Assembly (NCBI GenBank): GCA_964016885.1
Contig: OZ024742.1
Coordinates: forward strand, 364,436,001-364,500,000
Direction of reading: 5' to 3'
Length of the DNA stretch: 64,000 bases
DNA from: Eledone cirrhosa
Taxonomy: Eukaryota
In this document: positions 26,901 through 40,749 of the stretch, in pieces
Numbering within the stretch: the stretch's first letter is position 1
Layout: the number at the start of each line of letters is the position of its first letter
Position numbers and translations under genes: made by a program
Notes under the pieces: generated by a model
Seen by the model: only the letters and a program-made list of their open reading frames with translations
Told to the model about the DNA's origin: nothing
Database searches by the model: none

Positions 26901-27060
26901 TTTAATATAGAAATGGCTTCTACAGGACCAGAACTTTTTCATTCGAAAGAAATCATTGAATGAAACAATTCTAGTTTTGTAGAAGCCATTTCTATATTAA
27001 ACTTGACGTTTCCACTCTACTAATATATTGAGTACCTTACTTACTGTGGTTACCCTCGTT
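26901..27060. repeat. ~100-nt hairpin (24-bp perfect arms 26901-26924 / 26978-27001), probably a fold-back pLTR
   Basis: TTTAATATAGAAATGGCTTCTACA / TGTAGAAGCCATTTCTATATTAAA; GAAACAATTCTA HHR-like remnant; ATTGAGTAC terminal motif at 27027. Confidence 0.7.
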
Positions 27061-27441
27061 TGAACTCGGAACACGCACACATATATATTTGATGACCGCT
27101 ATTGTATGTCACACGACATTCCTGGTGACTTCGTAAGAAAGAAAGAGTTCTAGTCCTGCAGAATTAATTTCTATATTAAATAATTATAGATATATATAGA
27201 GAGAGATTTGTAAAATCCCGACCACGGCGCCAAAGTTTCAGAATTATCAGTTCGGCAAAATCTAGTGCCACTTAAATATTAGGTTCGAAAAAAGATACTG
27301 GCCTTTTTTCCATTGATAGAAAGAATACATTGCAAGCGGGCATTATCTAAATATGACGTATTTTTATATGCTGCAGTTATACACCTGAGAATACAGGTAA
27401 ATAAAGCAAACGAAAGTAAACGTGAATCTATTGAATCACCA

Positions 27442-27565
<124 letters not shown>

Positions 27566-27755
27566 AGAGAGTAAGTTTCCATACAAAACAGGGGTTATAG
27601 AGAAAAAGTGGAATTGGAAATAGCAGTAAAATACATTTAAGGATCTGTTTTTCTTTTTCTTCTTCTTTGATTCGTAAAAGTGACATTATTGAAAAAATGA
27701 GAGGAACAATTCTTTTAAAAGAAAAGGAGTTTTATAATGTATATAAAATATATAG

Positions 27756-27803
27756 AACATAACCGGTTTCGATGTATCAGTGTAAACCATCTTATCAAAT
27801 GTT
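27756..27803 (-). ncRNA. Minimal hammerhead ribozyme with U3-A8 core
   Basis: Minus strand: AACAT-TTGATAA-GATG..CATC-GAAA-CCGG-TT-ATGTT. Confidence 0.7.
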
Positions 27804-27959
27804 GAAGATTACAATTAAAAAGGATTAAAGATAATTAAATATAAAAAAAAATTAAATTGAGTGGTGAAAAGGTCTGTTCATCTTTCTTGTTTCAAAGACT
27901 GGCTCTAAAATGGAAACCTTATATATAGAGAGAGGGGGTATACATAGTAGTAGTAGTAG

Positions 27960-27995
<36 letters not shown>

Positions 27996-28182
27996 AAGAG
28001 AGGTTGGTAGTTGTGTCTTTTCACTGAACAAAATTATTTTAAATATTAGTCTCAATTGTCAAGAGTTCAGATGGGGATGGCGAAGGGAGGAAATGTAAGC
28101 TAGAGACAATTGCTATAGGGGAGAGAGGTACATGAGTGGGATTGTCAAAAGAAATTCTATTTTAGGAATATTATTTTAGAGA

Positions 28183-28279
28183 GGTTAACTTTGCCTTGCA
28201 TCCTTACGGGGTCGATACAATAAAGTACCAGTAATATACTGGATAATTGCTGGCCTTGTGCCTAAAGTAGAAACAATTA
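28183..28279 (+). mobile_element. SINE family A, 3' half
   Basis: Matches the consensus from GGTTAACTTTGCC to GAAACAATT. Confidence 0.8.
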
Positions 28280-28429
28280 TTTTAGAGAGTATGAGTGTGT
28301 ATATGTGAGTGTGTATATAAACATGTGTGTGTATGTGTGTGTGTGTGTGTGGCATATTGTAAGTGTGATGGGATGAAAACTTAGAGAAATATATTTGGGG
28401 ACACATGTATATATATATATACATGTGTC

Positions 28430-30099
28430 CCCAAAAATAGTAAGCGAAAGGCGTAACACTGACGCCCACAGTAGACATATAGATAGAGGCAACATAGGGG
28501 ACGAAATAATGGGCGGGCAAAACCCGAGACGGACCCCAGATCCAAAACACATCCACGCTGCTACTCACACACGAAAGTACAAGACTAGATCTAAGGCCGT
28601 TACATGGTTTAACGCGCCGTATTCTAAGCATGAATGCAGCAATATACCAAGCCTCTATTTCCGAGCGTTAGATGAATGCTTCCCGCCGTCGAACAGATAC
28701 CACAAGATCTTCAACCGCCACACAGTGAAGTTTTCCTTCTCCACAGCATCTAACATGGCCGACTACATGGCCAAAACCAACGGGGCGAAGATGGGGAATC
28801 TCGACCATCAATCGCGGCGGCGGAATGACCGTCCATCGGAGCACGGAGGGCCCCTCGCAGACCGGTCTTCCAGCCACAACCCGGCCCTCCCGGCGGCCGC
28901 CACGCCCGCGGAAGACGATACACTCCAACGCCGGGCGGGAATGAGTGTCGAAAGAGATATCACCGTGTCGGCGCAACAACACCCTGAGAATCCGGGAGAG
29001 GGCCATAGCAGATCAAGGGCCAGGCGTTTGAAATGAACAACATAACGACAGAACGTACAACTGCAGAGAAGATGCCTGACGAAGGGCCTGGTATATAAAT
29101 GTGTGGTTAGCACGCACAATATAAAGCGCACCTACATCGGCGCAACATCCTCGACCTTTACATCGCGGATGTATAACCACACGAACTCTTTGAAGGACCG
29201 GAGTAAGAGGCACTCTTCTAGGCTGGTGGACCTGGTGTCGGACTTGAAAGACAGAGACACCCTGTATGCCCTTGACTGTAGAATTGTTCGGCACACGAAT
29301 ACATACTCGGCTGGAAACAGAAAGTATAGGCTATGCCTATACGAGTCCATGGAGATGGTCAGACTGAAGGATGAGGTGGTCAACTTGAAATCGAAAATAA
29401 TCATGACGTGCAGACACCAGAGAAGGTGCACACTCTCCGCATGGAATCCACCGGGAAGCCCAGGCTAAAGGCATGCGACGGAGCATAGACCGACCAGAGC
29501 TGGGAAACATGTTGAAGGGATCAGAGACCATATCCTGATGACTATATATGCCCTGTGGGGTAAACCGAAATAACCCGAGATGCACCCGACTCTGCACGTC
29601 ACCCTAGGCAAGAACATCACCTGAGCCGGGACAGGTTGACCCGGATTCCATGACTTTCAGTCAAATGCATTACACCTATAGGACACTATACCTCAACCAC
29701 AGTGACATGCTCCAGTATGGCCGGTCCATGCACCCCCATGCATGTGTATATTTTCAATAGAGAGTCCATATTCTCCACATATTCCATCTTGTAACACATA
29801 TTATATGTTCTGTATATCTCATGCTTCTCCTGTGTACTATCTCATACACATACACATTCCTCCTTCTTCATTTTTATATATCTCTATGTGACGTTATATC
29901 TATAATTTTAATATATTGCACGTTTATTTTTTATATGTGTATATATGTATGCGTATATATATATATTCCTGTTCCGTATAACCATGTCCATTACGAGCTG
30001 AGGATCCGCTAAGTTGAAACAATTGTTCTCGATATGGTGAACTAACTGTTGTGTAACCACTTCTACTTAACTCGTCCCATGGACTGAGTGCTCTACCAC

Positions 30100-30100
<1 letters not shown>
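28430..30100 (+). mobile_element. 5'-truncated GC-rich PLE (Naiad-like linker + GIY-YIG, disrupted) with 3' pLTR
   Basis: VTWFNAPYS..FRALDECFP...YHKIFNRHTVKFSFS; CLTKGLVYKC; YIGATSSTFTSRMYNH; LCLYE; TCRH; ends in (AT)n. Confidence 0.85.
29981..30038 (+). ncRNA. Minimal hammerhead ribozyme in pLTR (GUU site, weak stem II)
   Basis: CGAG-CTGAGGA-...-GAAA-CAATTG-TT-CTCG, with distal ACCAT/ATGGT pairing. Confidence 0.65.
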
Positions 30101-30190
<90 letters not shown>

Positions 30191-30309
30191 ATGTATATGG
30201 TTATATTGTTTATATATGTGCATGCTTATAACAAGATGCATCATTTCATATATGACCCATTGTATGACCTATTGTGTATCTTTATATGACTTTGTGTATA
30301 TATCCTATT

Positions 30310-30388
<79 letters not shown>

Positions 30389-31026
30389 CTTTATTTAACA
30401 TAAAGGCATAATATATATATATATATGTATATATAGATAGATAAATATACACGGGTGTGTATGATTGTGTATAGAAGATTATATTAATAAGAGGAATTAC
30501 AACTTTATCTGATTTACTCGTTTTATTTACATTCCTTTAAAATTTATAATGGTATTATAATGAAATAGTATGATAGAATATTAAATTCTAAGTGGTAATT
30601 GAACAAGTACTTTCATGCTTTCGCAATCTTCAGGATCATATTATGTGGTGACAGTCAAGTTTGCAATTTTCAACTGTAATAAGATGGGTAAATTTTCTAC
30701 TTTTTATACATTTTATACAGGGAAAAGTGGCTCCAGAATGCTAAGTCCTGCAAACTGTATTTCGACCAATCAGTGTGTAGTTTCACTGAATTACTAAAGC
30801 TGATTGGTTTAAGCGTCACGGCTGGTTGAGCATATCTAACGACCAATAATTAATCATATCCAAAACATCAATTGTTTTGCTATTTTTAGAAATGATGAAA
30901 ATATCATTTTCTATTAATCATCACCATCAACATCACTTTTATTATTATTATTCTTGTTGTTGTTGTTGTTGTTGTTGTTAGTGGTCGTAGTCATAGTGAT
31001 AGTAGAAGTAATACCCCTAAGCGTTA

Positions 31027-31750
31027 TTATTGTTCATTTAGCTTGGGTTTGAATTTATCAATAAAATTATTTTCTTTGATTTTTCTCTTGATTTCACTTG
31101 GACTGTATAATTTGTAGAATGGGAATATTATAAATATTCCCTGACCACATGTTGCTAGATGGTTACTTAGGGGTATCTGACGGACATTTGGGTGTCTGAT
31201 TTGTTGACGGTGTACACGTGCACGTTCCGATAGTGCATTTCCAGTTTGACCGACATATAGTTCTTCACAATTCGGGCATTTAATGCAGTAAATTAGATTT
31301 CTGCTTTTGCAGTTCATATTTGCATTTGGGAATATTTTTCCAGTTTTTGTTTTCATATATTGACCGGCGTGTATGGATTGACATGTGCCGCATCGACTAT
31401 CATTTCATTTAGATACGGTTGATTATTGGTCTTTGTTGTTAAGGTCAAACTTTGCTTCAAATTTTTTGGCTGTCTTTTACTAAGAGTCAAAGATCGATCT
31501 GTGATTAAGCCTTTTAATTCATTACTTTGAGCAATGATCGGTAGGTTTGCTTTGGCAGTGTTGAAGATATTCTGGTGACATGGGTTGTGTGTCATTATAA
31601 ATGGTATGACCAGTTCTTGGTTTCTTCTTCCTTGGGTTGTCCTAAGTTGTTGTATTGGTATTTTTATAGCCCGCTGTATGCCATTTTCTATAAGTAGAGA
31701 TGGGTATTTTTGTTTGAGCAAAGATTCTCTTAGTTCTGTTAGGCGAATAC
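31027..31750 (-). pseudogene. Neptune-like PLE fragment (RT thumb + GIY-YIG), frameshifted
   Basis: KQKYP..LIENGI, PFIMTHNP, SKRQPKNLK; NCKSRNLIYCIKCPNCEELYVGQTG..L.ER..VHRQQI; E..FI.KFKPKLN. Confidence 0.85.
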
Positions 31751-31959
31751 CAGGTGTGTGCGCCTGTGTGTGTGTGTGTGTGTGTGTGTGTTGATGTATA
31801 TGGGCATGTAGGCAGGCGTCTGTGTATGCGTATGTTTATAGGTTTATATGTTCTCCTTAAATGTGTGTGTATAGCGGGAGTCTATGCGTACGGATGTGTT
31901 TATCTATGTGATTGTGCGTGTGTGTATATGTGTGTGTGAGTGCGCGCGTGGACATGTGA

Positions 31960-32262
31960 ACTACCAAACCCAGTAGTAATTCATCGAAGTGTGGCTGAAA
32001 GGGACAGCTGATGGTCAGTAGAATTCACACCTGTTGGTCAGAATTTCGATGACGTAGAAAAGCAGCAGCCAATAACAGGACGCGCGAAGAGGATGTTTTT
32101 GACATTAACACCCCAGTGAGAGAATTTGCTCCGAAATCATTAGACGTGTCCGTCGAACCTGCAGATCCAGAATCAGATAAATCCACACAATGACCGCGTC
32201 TCGAGCTGTCCGCCGGCGAAACAATTGTAACACACAATAAATTGAGTTCAGATGCATCACTG
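31960..32262 (+). repeat. Dispersed ~300-bp repeat (homologue at 36800-37095 on the opposite strand), probably a pLTR
   Basis: GCCGGCGAAACAATTGTAACAC.CAATAAA...CAGATGCATCA is shared in reverse complement. Confidence 0.7.
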
Positions 32263-32401
32263 AATTTTCGTTTTATATTAATATGTATATAAATACAATA
32301 TATAGATGGGAAAGTGCCTCTATATATTGTATTTTAAAGTGCCCTTTGAGCTCATTTAATTACAGGATTATACGCGAGTCCTTTACTCCGTTATTTTTAC
32401 T

Positions 32402-32439
<38 letters not shown>

Positions 32440-32526
32440 GAGAAAGTATGACCCCGACGGCAGAGCTCAAGCCGTTTCGACGGCCCACGCACGCCTACAA
32501 AGATACACACACACACACGCGCGCAC

Positions 32527-32572
<46 letters not shown>

Positions 32573-32838
32573 GTATAAATATATATATAACCCGTAGAGC
32601 AAATAAATATTCCATAGCTAATTTTGTATTTTATTTTGTTTATAGTTTTTGCTTATTGTATTTGCTACTCTCTGTGACCGTCTAAATTATATCTTTTCTA
32701 CCTCTCCTGTTAGGCCAGTTGCCTTTTAATGAGAGTGGGTAGCAGTAGAAATATCTTTACTGTAACATACAACTTATCACCTACATTCAAATCTTTCCGA
32801 CGAAATGCAGTATTTAATGTATTGCTGGCTATAATAAT

Positions 32839-33234
32839 AATTGTTTCTACTTTTGGCACAAGGCAAACAATTACCAGTACATTACTGGTACTTTATTTTA
32901 TCGACCCCGTAAGGATGAAAGACAAAGTTAACCTCGGCGGGATTTGAACTAAGATCATAACGGGCCCTAATTCTGTGCTGTAAATCATGACGTTCGACCC
33001 TCTACCGATACTGCCAATCCACCACCATGCATGGCATAATGATAATAATAATAATTGTTTCTACTTTTGGCACAAGGCCAGCAATTACCCAGTGCATTAC
33101 TGGTACTTTATGTTATCGACTCCGTAAGGATGAAAAGCAAAGATAACCTCGGCGGGATTTGAACTCAGAATGGAAAGGGCCGTAACTCTATGCGTCAAAG
33201 CATGGCATCCGACCCTCTACCGATACTGCCAATC
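32839..33234 (-). mobile_element. Two tandem SINE family A copies
   Basis: 32839-33027 and 33053-33234 match the consensus. Confidence 0.85.
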
Positions 33235-34071
33235 ATAATAATAATAATATAATATTAATATACAACCAGCACTATGTAGACTTATATTGTATTGAAACAT
33301 GTATTATAGAATGACCGTTTGATAAAATTCTTCACTGTTTTTATACTTCACGCCTAGTGTTACTGTACATTGAAAATATTATTACTCCGTGATTTTCCAC
33401 CTGGATACTATAATCTGATCCTTAATGTTGGAATATTATTGTAACCTACAAAGACCGTGTTGAGAAATATACTTTGGTAAGCAGCGTTATTTGTTTTATA
33501 TATATATATATGATCCAGTTTACACAGCTGTATAAATGAGATGATAGGACTGGGGTCCCTATCATTAAAATCACCCAAGACACACACATAATTATGATGG
33601 CTTCAACTCCATTTCAAGTAATACCATCGATTGATACTATGAGCATCACGGACGTGGCTTGTTACTCCTGCTATCACATGACCACGGATTGGAAGAACAG
33701 ATAACATATCATATTTGATCCTACACTGTCACGTCTTACATTACCCATAAGTTTATAACAGAGCAGCTAAATTCTAGTATTTTTAAAAATAGCAATAACA
33801 TGAACAGTAACTATTGCTACTATTGATGGTGATGATGGAGCTACTACTGCTGCTGCAGTGATGGTGTCGACCTTCTAATGTCACATTAAGAACTAGTCGT
33901 TAAAAAACACCTAAATAGAGCCTACTGGATGTGAGAGTCTTATCTAAATTCAATTTGCTTAATAAAACAATCTTGTCAATACGGTCGTCATTCATTTTGC
34001 TATTAGAATCCAGAGAGATATCTGTTGCATTAATGCATCTATTTAGCTCTCTCTCTCTCTCACTCTTCCCC

Positions 34072-34099
<28 letters not shown>

Positions 34100-34103
<4 letters not shown>

Positions 34104-34255
34104 ATGGACACACTAGAAGAGGAAGACCAAGGTTAACATATGTTGATGCCCTAAGGACAGACACTGGTCTGTTGGAGATGCAGGATATGGCAGCGATAAT
34201 GAGGGACAGAGACCGCTGGAGAGAACTCGTCCATGGATCTCGGGAATTTTAGCCG
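34100..34255 (+). mobile_element. RTE-clade LINE 3' fragment
   Basis: Translates HGHTRRGRPRLTYVDALRTDTGL...DRDRWRELV, typical of the RTE ORF C-terminus. Confidence 0.7.
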
Positions 34256-34400
34256 CCTTAGAAAAAAGAATATGTATATATATATATATATATATATACA
34301 TTATGCATACATATAAGCGAGAACCGAATACTAACACTGTTTGTACTGCACAATTCGCTATTGTTTTTCTTTTTTGTTTTCAACTCATATATATATATAT

Positions 34401-34451
<51 letters not shown>

Positions 34452-34469
34452 AATATATTAGTTAATATA

Positions 34470-35448
34470 TGTTTCTTTTATTTGCCACCAGGGCATCAAA
34501 AGTGGGACAAGTGCAAAGGGGGAAGTTTACAAAACAAGGCGTCCTCAATAAGGAGGAGGCAATAACAAAATATAAAAATAAAATAAAATATAACAGAATA
34601 AAATTTATAACAAAATCCTCTATAGAGAGGAGGCGCCTTGGGCGGTCGCACACACCCCCGAAAAAAAGTGTGCAACCCTTTTCCTCAGGAGCACAGAGAA
34701 GGGGTGCTCCCTTGGTCTTTCATATTCCTCACCTATAGTCTGATGTAGAGTGAAGGCCCATTCACACGGGCCATTCTCGCCACTTTCACCCATCTTTCAT
34801 AAAAACGGTTGGGGTGCAGCACCTCTCTCTCCATCCTGATCCTTCTTCCGAAATGATATCGGAAGAAACAGACCAGTTCTTGGCCAGAGAAAAAGGAGTC
34901 TGACCTCAGTCCTTTCAGACGCGTCCACCATACAACCTCTTTCGCCATGGCTATTACGCACAGAAACACCGCCTCTCCTTCGTTTTTGAAGAGGGGAGGC
35001 GGCTTGATCGTTACAATAGACTCGGTGGTCAACCGGATCGGTCCCACCCTTGACAGCAGTTGTTCGACATAGCCCCACAGATTAGCAATGCCCGAGCAGT
35101 GTACCAATGCGTGTGCAACGGTTTCCTCGTCGCACACGCATCTGGGACAGATCTTTTTCGAGGGGTCCTTACCCGGGCGCCCGTGTCTGTAGATCCTTTC
35201 TCGAACGGGCAGAGCCCTTCTGTAGCATTGCCAGGCCAGGGACTTCTGGAAGTTATCCATGGGTCCCGGGCTGAATGTCATACCGAACAGGTTGGCCAGT
35301 TCGTCTTCCTCCATGCCTAGGGCTTCTCCAAGGGCGTCGTCGCACCTGCTAACCACCAGCCCTCTATAGAATGACGAGGTGGATTCTCCACTGACAGCCG
35401 GGTCCGCCTGCCAGAGAGCCGTGAGCGCCTGGGCACACTCGGTGTGCC

Positions 35449-35450
<2 letters not shown>
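34470..35450 (-). mobile_element. 5'-truncated Tx1-like LINE (family B) in (GATA)n
   Basis: zf-RVT-like FQKSLAWQCYR.ALP..CPRC..DEETVAHALVHC; 3' end GCCCTGGTGGCAAATAAAAGAAAC. Confidence 0.88.
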
Positions 35451-35480
<30 letters not shown>

Positions 35481-35481
<1 letters not shown>

Positions 35482-36067
35482 TGTTTCTTTTATTTGCCAC
35501 CAGGGCATCAAAAGTGGGACAAGTACAATGGGGTGAGTTTACAAAACAAGGCGTCCTCAATAAGGAGGAGGCAATAACAATATATAAAAATAAAATAAAA
35601 TATAACAAAAAATAAAATTTATAACAAAGTCCTCAATAGAGAGGAGGCGCCTTGGGGGGTCGCACACACCCCCGAAAAAAGTGTGCAACCCTTCTCTTCA
35701 GGAGCACAGAGAAGGGATGCTCCCTTGGTCTTTCATCTTCCTCACCTATAGTTTGATGTAGAGTGAAGGCCCATTCACACGGGCCATTCTCGCCACTTTC
35801 ACCCATCTTTCATAGAAACGGCTGGGGTGCAGCACCTCTCTCTCCATCCTGATCCTTCTTCCGAAATGATATCGGAAGAAACAGACCAGTTGTTGGCCAG
35901 AGAGAAAGGTGTCTGACCTCAGTCCTTTCAGACGCGTCCACCATACAACCTCTTTCGCCATGGCTATTACGCACAGAAACACCGCCTCTCCTTCGTTTTT
36001 GAAGAGGGGAGGTGGCTTAATCGTTACAATAGACTCGGTGGTCAACCGGATTGGTCCCACTCTTGAC

Positions 36068-36068
<1 letters not shown>
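35481..36068 (-). mobile_element. Shorter Tx1-like family B copy, tandem to the previous one and flanked by (GATA)n
   Basis: Near-identical to 34470-35055. Confidence 0.88.
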
Positions 36069-36124
<56 letters not shown>

Positions 36125-36687
36125 GATAGATAGATAGATAGACAGATACAGTGTTTATATCAATATCGTACAGTATAAAACGTGTGACAAAGATGTTGAG
36201 AATTAAGCATCGACTTTGCCCGACAGCAAGAAAAAAATTGATTAAGTTATACAGATACCAACACAAATATTTAGAGACATCTACATTGTTTTGTCGAGCA
36301 CATTACCCTATTTTTTTGTTATCTATCTATATCTATCTTTCAATAGAGATAGATAAATAGATTTATAGACACACATATGAGCAGATAAAGAAACAGCTAC
36401 ACAAACACTCCATCCCAATTTTACTTTTGATAATCATAAGAACTGTGAAACTGGTGATGTAGAAAAATATTCTTAAAAGAGTCCATTTGTTTCCTCGGTC
36501 CGATTTGAAGAAAGTCAATCGTTCCCTATTATATATATACAGCATATTGCCAAATATACAATATATACATTCATGTATACGTCGCTATTTCAGAACACTA
36601 ATACTAATATATATATAAAGCGTTATTTAAACTGAACTTAAAACGGTAATTTTTTTTTATATGTCACTATCTGTAAAACAACTTATG

Positions 36688-36748
36688 TATTTCATCTGAT
36701 GAGGACGTACCAACATTTTGCTACCCTTGAAATATATATAATCAAATA
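36688..36748 (+). ncRNA. Hammerhead-like motif related to the 7823-7888 family
   Basis: TATTTCAT-CTGATGA-GG...CCTT-GAAA-TATATATA-ATCAAATA; downstream AATATGGTTTTATAAA is shared with that pLTR. Confidence 0.55.
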
Positions 36749-37071
36749 AATATGGTTTTATAAAGATAGTTTGCATTCATTAATATTATTAATATATATG
36801 TGATGCATCTGGATTCAGTTTATTGCGTGTTACAATTGTTTCGCCGGCAGGTGGCTTGAGACATGATCACTGTATGGATCTGGCTGATTCTACGGCTGCA
36901 GGTTCTTCGGACACATGCAATTCTTTCGGAGCAAATTTTTTCACTGGGGTGTTATCATCAAAAAACACCTTCAAAAAACATCTTCCACTCTTGTTATGCC
37001 ATTGGCTGTTGTTTTTCTACGTCATCATAAATTCTTGTCACGATTTACTGCCGACACACTTCAATGGAGAC

Positions 37072-37884
37072 ATGCTGGGTTTGGTATCTCACACGTCAGT
37101 TCACACTCCCGAGTATGTACCCACATATACACACACACACACAAATACACACACACATATACACACACGCAGGCACACACACATGCATGCATACAAAGAC
37201 ACATGTCGGCGTTCGGGCACATCTGCACATATATACATAAACACTCTCAGACACATACATAGACACACACACGCACATCCTTATGGATAGGCATCAAGGA
37301 CAGGCACACTTCCAAAGAAATAAGCACACATACACACAGCGATACAGACCTGTACATATATCTACACACAAGTACATGTACCCGCATATAAACAATTAGA
37401 CAAACCCTGTCCTATGTGGGTGTACGTACGCATCCACACACACCTCAACTGACAGATACACACACCATGTATATATATATATGTGTGTACATACACACAC
37501 ACATACACACACATACACACACATACAGACACACACACATACACATACACATATACATATATGTATACACATACATATATATATATACATATATATACAC
37601 ACAAACTCATACATACTTATACACACATATATGTCTATATGTGTACACACACACCCCCATACATACACATAGACACACATGTACGCACACACATATACCT
37701 ATGCATATCCATATATATATATATATGTGTATATATACATACGCACACGGACACACACATGCACATATGCATATGTGCTTACACACACATGCTTACACAT
37801 ATACGTATATAAACAAAACCGTATAATAAATATACAGTATACAATAAAAATACAATATACAATAAAATAACAATATAGTATACA

Positions 37885-37970
<86 letters not shown>

Positions 37971-38546
37971 CTAGATATATGATGAAATAATATATAATAA
38001 AGGATTTGTCTATATCTTTATGTGCGGGTACATGTACTTGTGCGTAGATATATGTACAGGTATGTATCGCTGTGTGTATGTGTGCTTATGTCTTTGGAAG
38101 TGTGTCTGTCCTTGATGCCAATCCATAACGATATGCGTGTATGTGCGTTTGTGTGTCTATGTATGTGACTGAGAGTGTTTGTGTATATATGTGCAGATTT
38201 GCCCGATCGCCTATATGTGTCTTTGTATGCATGTACGTGTGTGTATGCGCGTGTGCGTGCATGTGAGACCGGATGTAGGGGGCTGTATAGGCAGGCGCTA
38301 GTAGACATGTGGTGGTCTGTATATAGGTGTAGGTGTGCTTGGGTATGTGTAAGAGAGGGAGAGTCTGTGTGTGTATATATGTGTATGGGGGTATGTGTGT
38401 CTATACATGTGTGCGTAAGTATGTGTATGCATGCATGTGTGTGAGCCTGCGTGTGTGTATATGTGTGTGTATTGTTGTGTGTGTGTGTATATGTGGGTAC
38501 ATAATCGGGAGTGTGAACAGACGTGTGAGATACCAAACCCAACATG
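37072..38546. repeat. Inverted repeat of CA-rich PLE-associated sequence (arms ~37072-37390 and ~38018-38546)
   Basis: GGGTTTGGTATCTCACACGTC / GACGTGTGAGATACCAAACCC, and GGCATCAAGGACAG / CTGTCCTTGATGCC. Confidence 0.75.
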
Positions 38547-38549
38547 GCT

Positions 38550-39634
38550 CCATATAAACTACAATCTCACTTGGAGCTTACTGTCCAGATCTAACTCTTA
38601 CACAGGAGGACGCCGTCCGTTTAACTTATGCTCGGAGGAAACATTACAAATGCTGTTTTCGAAGGACCAACTCCTAAACAAGAAAGATGAACTGGTAACC
38701 GCATGCAAACACAGATTGCGTAGGATTTACCTCGCCCTAAAAACCCTATAACGACCCGGGTGGGTAGACAAGGGTTGATACACCCCCCCACACTTGCCGA
38801 ATAAGTTAGGGGAAACCCCAGCTTACATAGATAAATGTATCTCTTTTCTTTTCCTCTTTGTCAACTTCTTCCACCTGTCTCATCCTATCATTTCCTTCCA
38901 CCCCCTATTTTCTTCCTCGTCTGCTTTCCCCTTTCGCCTACGCCGATGCAGCCCATCGGGCCTTGTAGCATCAGTTCCCCCACCCCTGTTATTTTAAGAT
39001 AGAATTGGCCGAATACGTTTTACTAACTACGTATAGCAGATGTGTTAAAAACCCCTTTAAGTTTGTATCTGTTTTGTAATTTCTATAAGTTTTTTCTATT
39101 CTCAACTTTTAACCTGTAATTGTAAGATAGCATTGTGATTTCTTTATTCATTTCTAACTATGTAAATTTATATATTTTTTTATTTATTTCTAGTATCTTT
39201 TATTGTCTCCAACTCTCTTTCAATTTACCTATTCTATAACCTCCCTCCCCCACTTCATACACTATCCTTAGAATCTGATGTATACATATCACTTTCAACG
39301 CTTGACCGCTCCACTAACTCCCCTATTGTTCTACAGGCAAGTTCAGCCACCCTACTCCCCACCAAATGCCATGATAGACTTATTTGTGTTTACAACAAAT
39401 TTTAACCAATCCTCTTGACAACTACAATCTTCCCATATAAGGAAGTACCCCCTTGAAAAGTTCGGCTATTTATTCACCAGGCTAAACATTCTAATTTAGT
39501 CCAGAAATAGCAGTCGAAACAGCTTGAGCTCTGCCGTTAGGGTCATACATTTTCCTATTTCCCACGCTACTACCCTAAGTATTGAGTACTCTGGTGCGTT
39601 ATGGTCCATTTGTTTCCTTACCACAATTCCTTTG

Positions 39635-39637
<3 letters not shown>
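38550..39637 (+). mobile_element. PLE 3' fragment: GIY-YIG C-terminus + pLTR with a partly decayed U3-A8 HHR (39441-39550)
   Basis: INYNLTWSLL...FNLCSEE...LLNKKDELVTACKH; UTR homologous to 23160-23995. Confidence 0.85.
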
Positions 39638-39698
<61 letters not shown>

Positions 39699-39868
39699 AT
39701 GTACGTACGACGTATTTGTGTGTGTGTGAGTGTATACAACTATAAATATCTGTGTGTATATTATTAAATTTAGAGTGACATGAAGAGACAATGTGATTCA
39801 AGTAATGTGCTAGATACATATGTAATCCCGTCCAGGTCATGAGTACATATATTTATATGCATATATAC

Positions 39869-39982
<114 letters not shown>

Positions 39983-40112
39983 GTGATTTTTTTTTTACAA
40001 AATGAAAAATAACCGAGGTGTCCTACAAGAGGGAAAGTATAAAGGAAAAAAAATGAAATCGAAAATGCAACTGGAGTATTATTTTTAAAAATATATATAT
40101 ATTTATTTGGTT

Positions 40113-40150
40113 CCTTTACCGGTTTCGCAGTTCTGCTGCTTTTCAAAAGG
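40113..40150 (-). ncRNA. Minimal hammerhead ribozyme with U3-A8 core; inverted copy at 43721-43756 has U3/U8
   Basis: Minus strand: CCTT-TTGAAAA-GCAG CAGAA CTGC-GAAA-CCGG-TA-AAGG. Confidence 0.78.
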
Positions 40151-40678
40151 TGAGTTGAGATGGAGGGTCTGTGGTTTTTCTCACATCTGGTTGGTCACTG
40201 AATGTTACTTGTTTTATATGGAAAAAGTGGCTCGAAATGCCAGGTTTTTCGACAAGTAATTTGATTGGTTGGTCAATAATTATAATAAATTTCGCGCCAG
40301 TTCGCGTTACAAAGTTCTTCAAACAAGGGGGGGGGGGTGTCACAGGTTGTGTTTTCATATATGAGTGTTTGAATTTCTTTTTACTTTAAAAAAATGAGGC
40401 TCACGAAGGCTTTTTTTTAAATAAACGTAATTTGATTGGTTATAAATGAAATTATGGCTGTCACGTGAATAAGTTTTCATTAAATTTTCGCGCCCTTATT
40501 TGGAAATCTATTCTGTAGCCTTTTTAGAGAATTTTATGACAAGTAAAAGATAATGGTCAAGAGAAATTGGATGGGAGAATTGTTCTGGTTTAGGGAATAT
40601 GGTTAGTTCGCTGGTGTGTCAGAATTCAGATTTTCTATTGAATAAAGAAAGTAAAGATATGTATGTTTATTTGTGTGC

Positions 40679-40749
<71 letters not shown>

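Noticed and set aside
26756-26942. N-terminal part of the 254-aa ORF
   Set aside because: Lies upstream of a clear polypyrimidine-CAG acceptor; intronic read-through.
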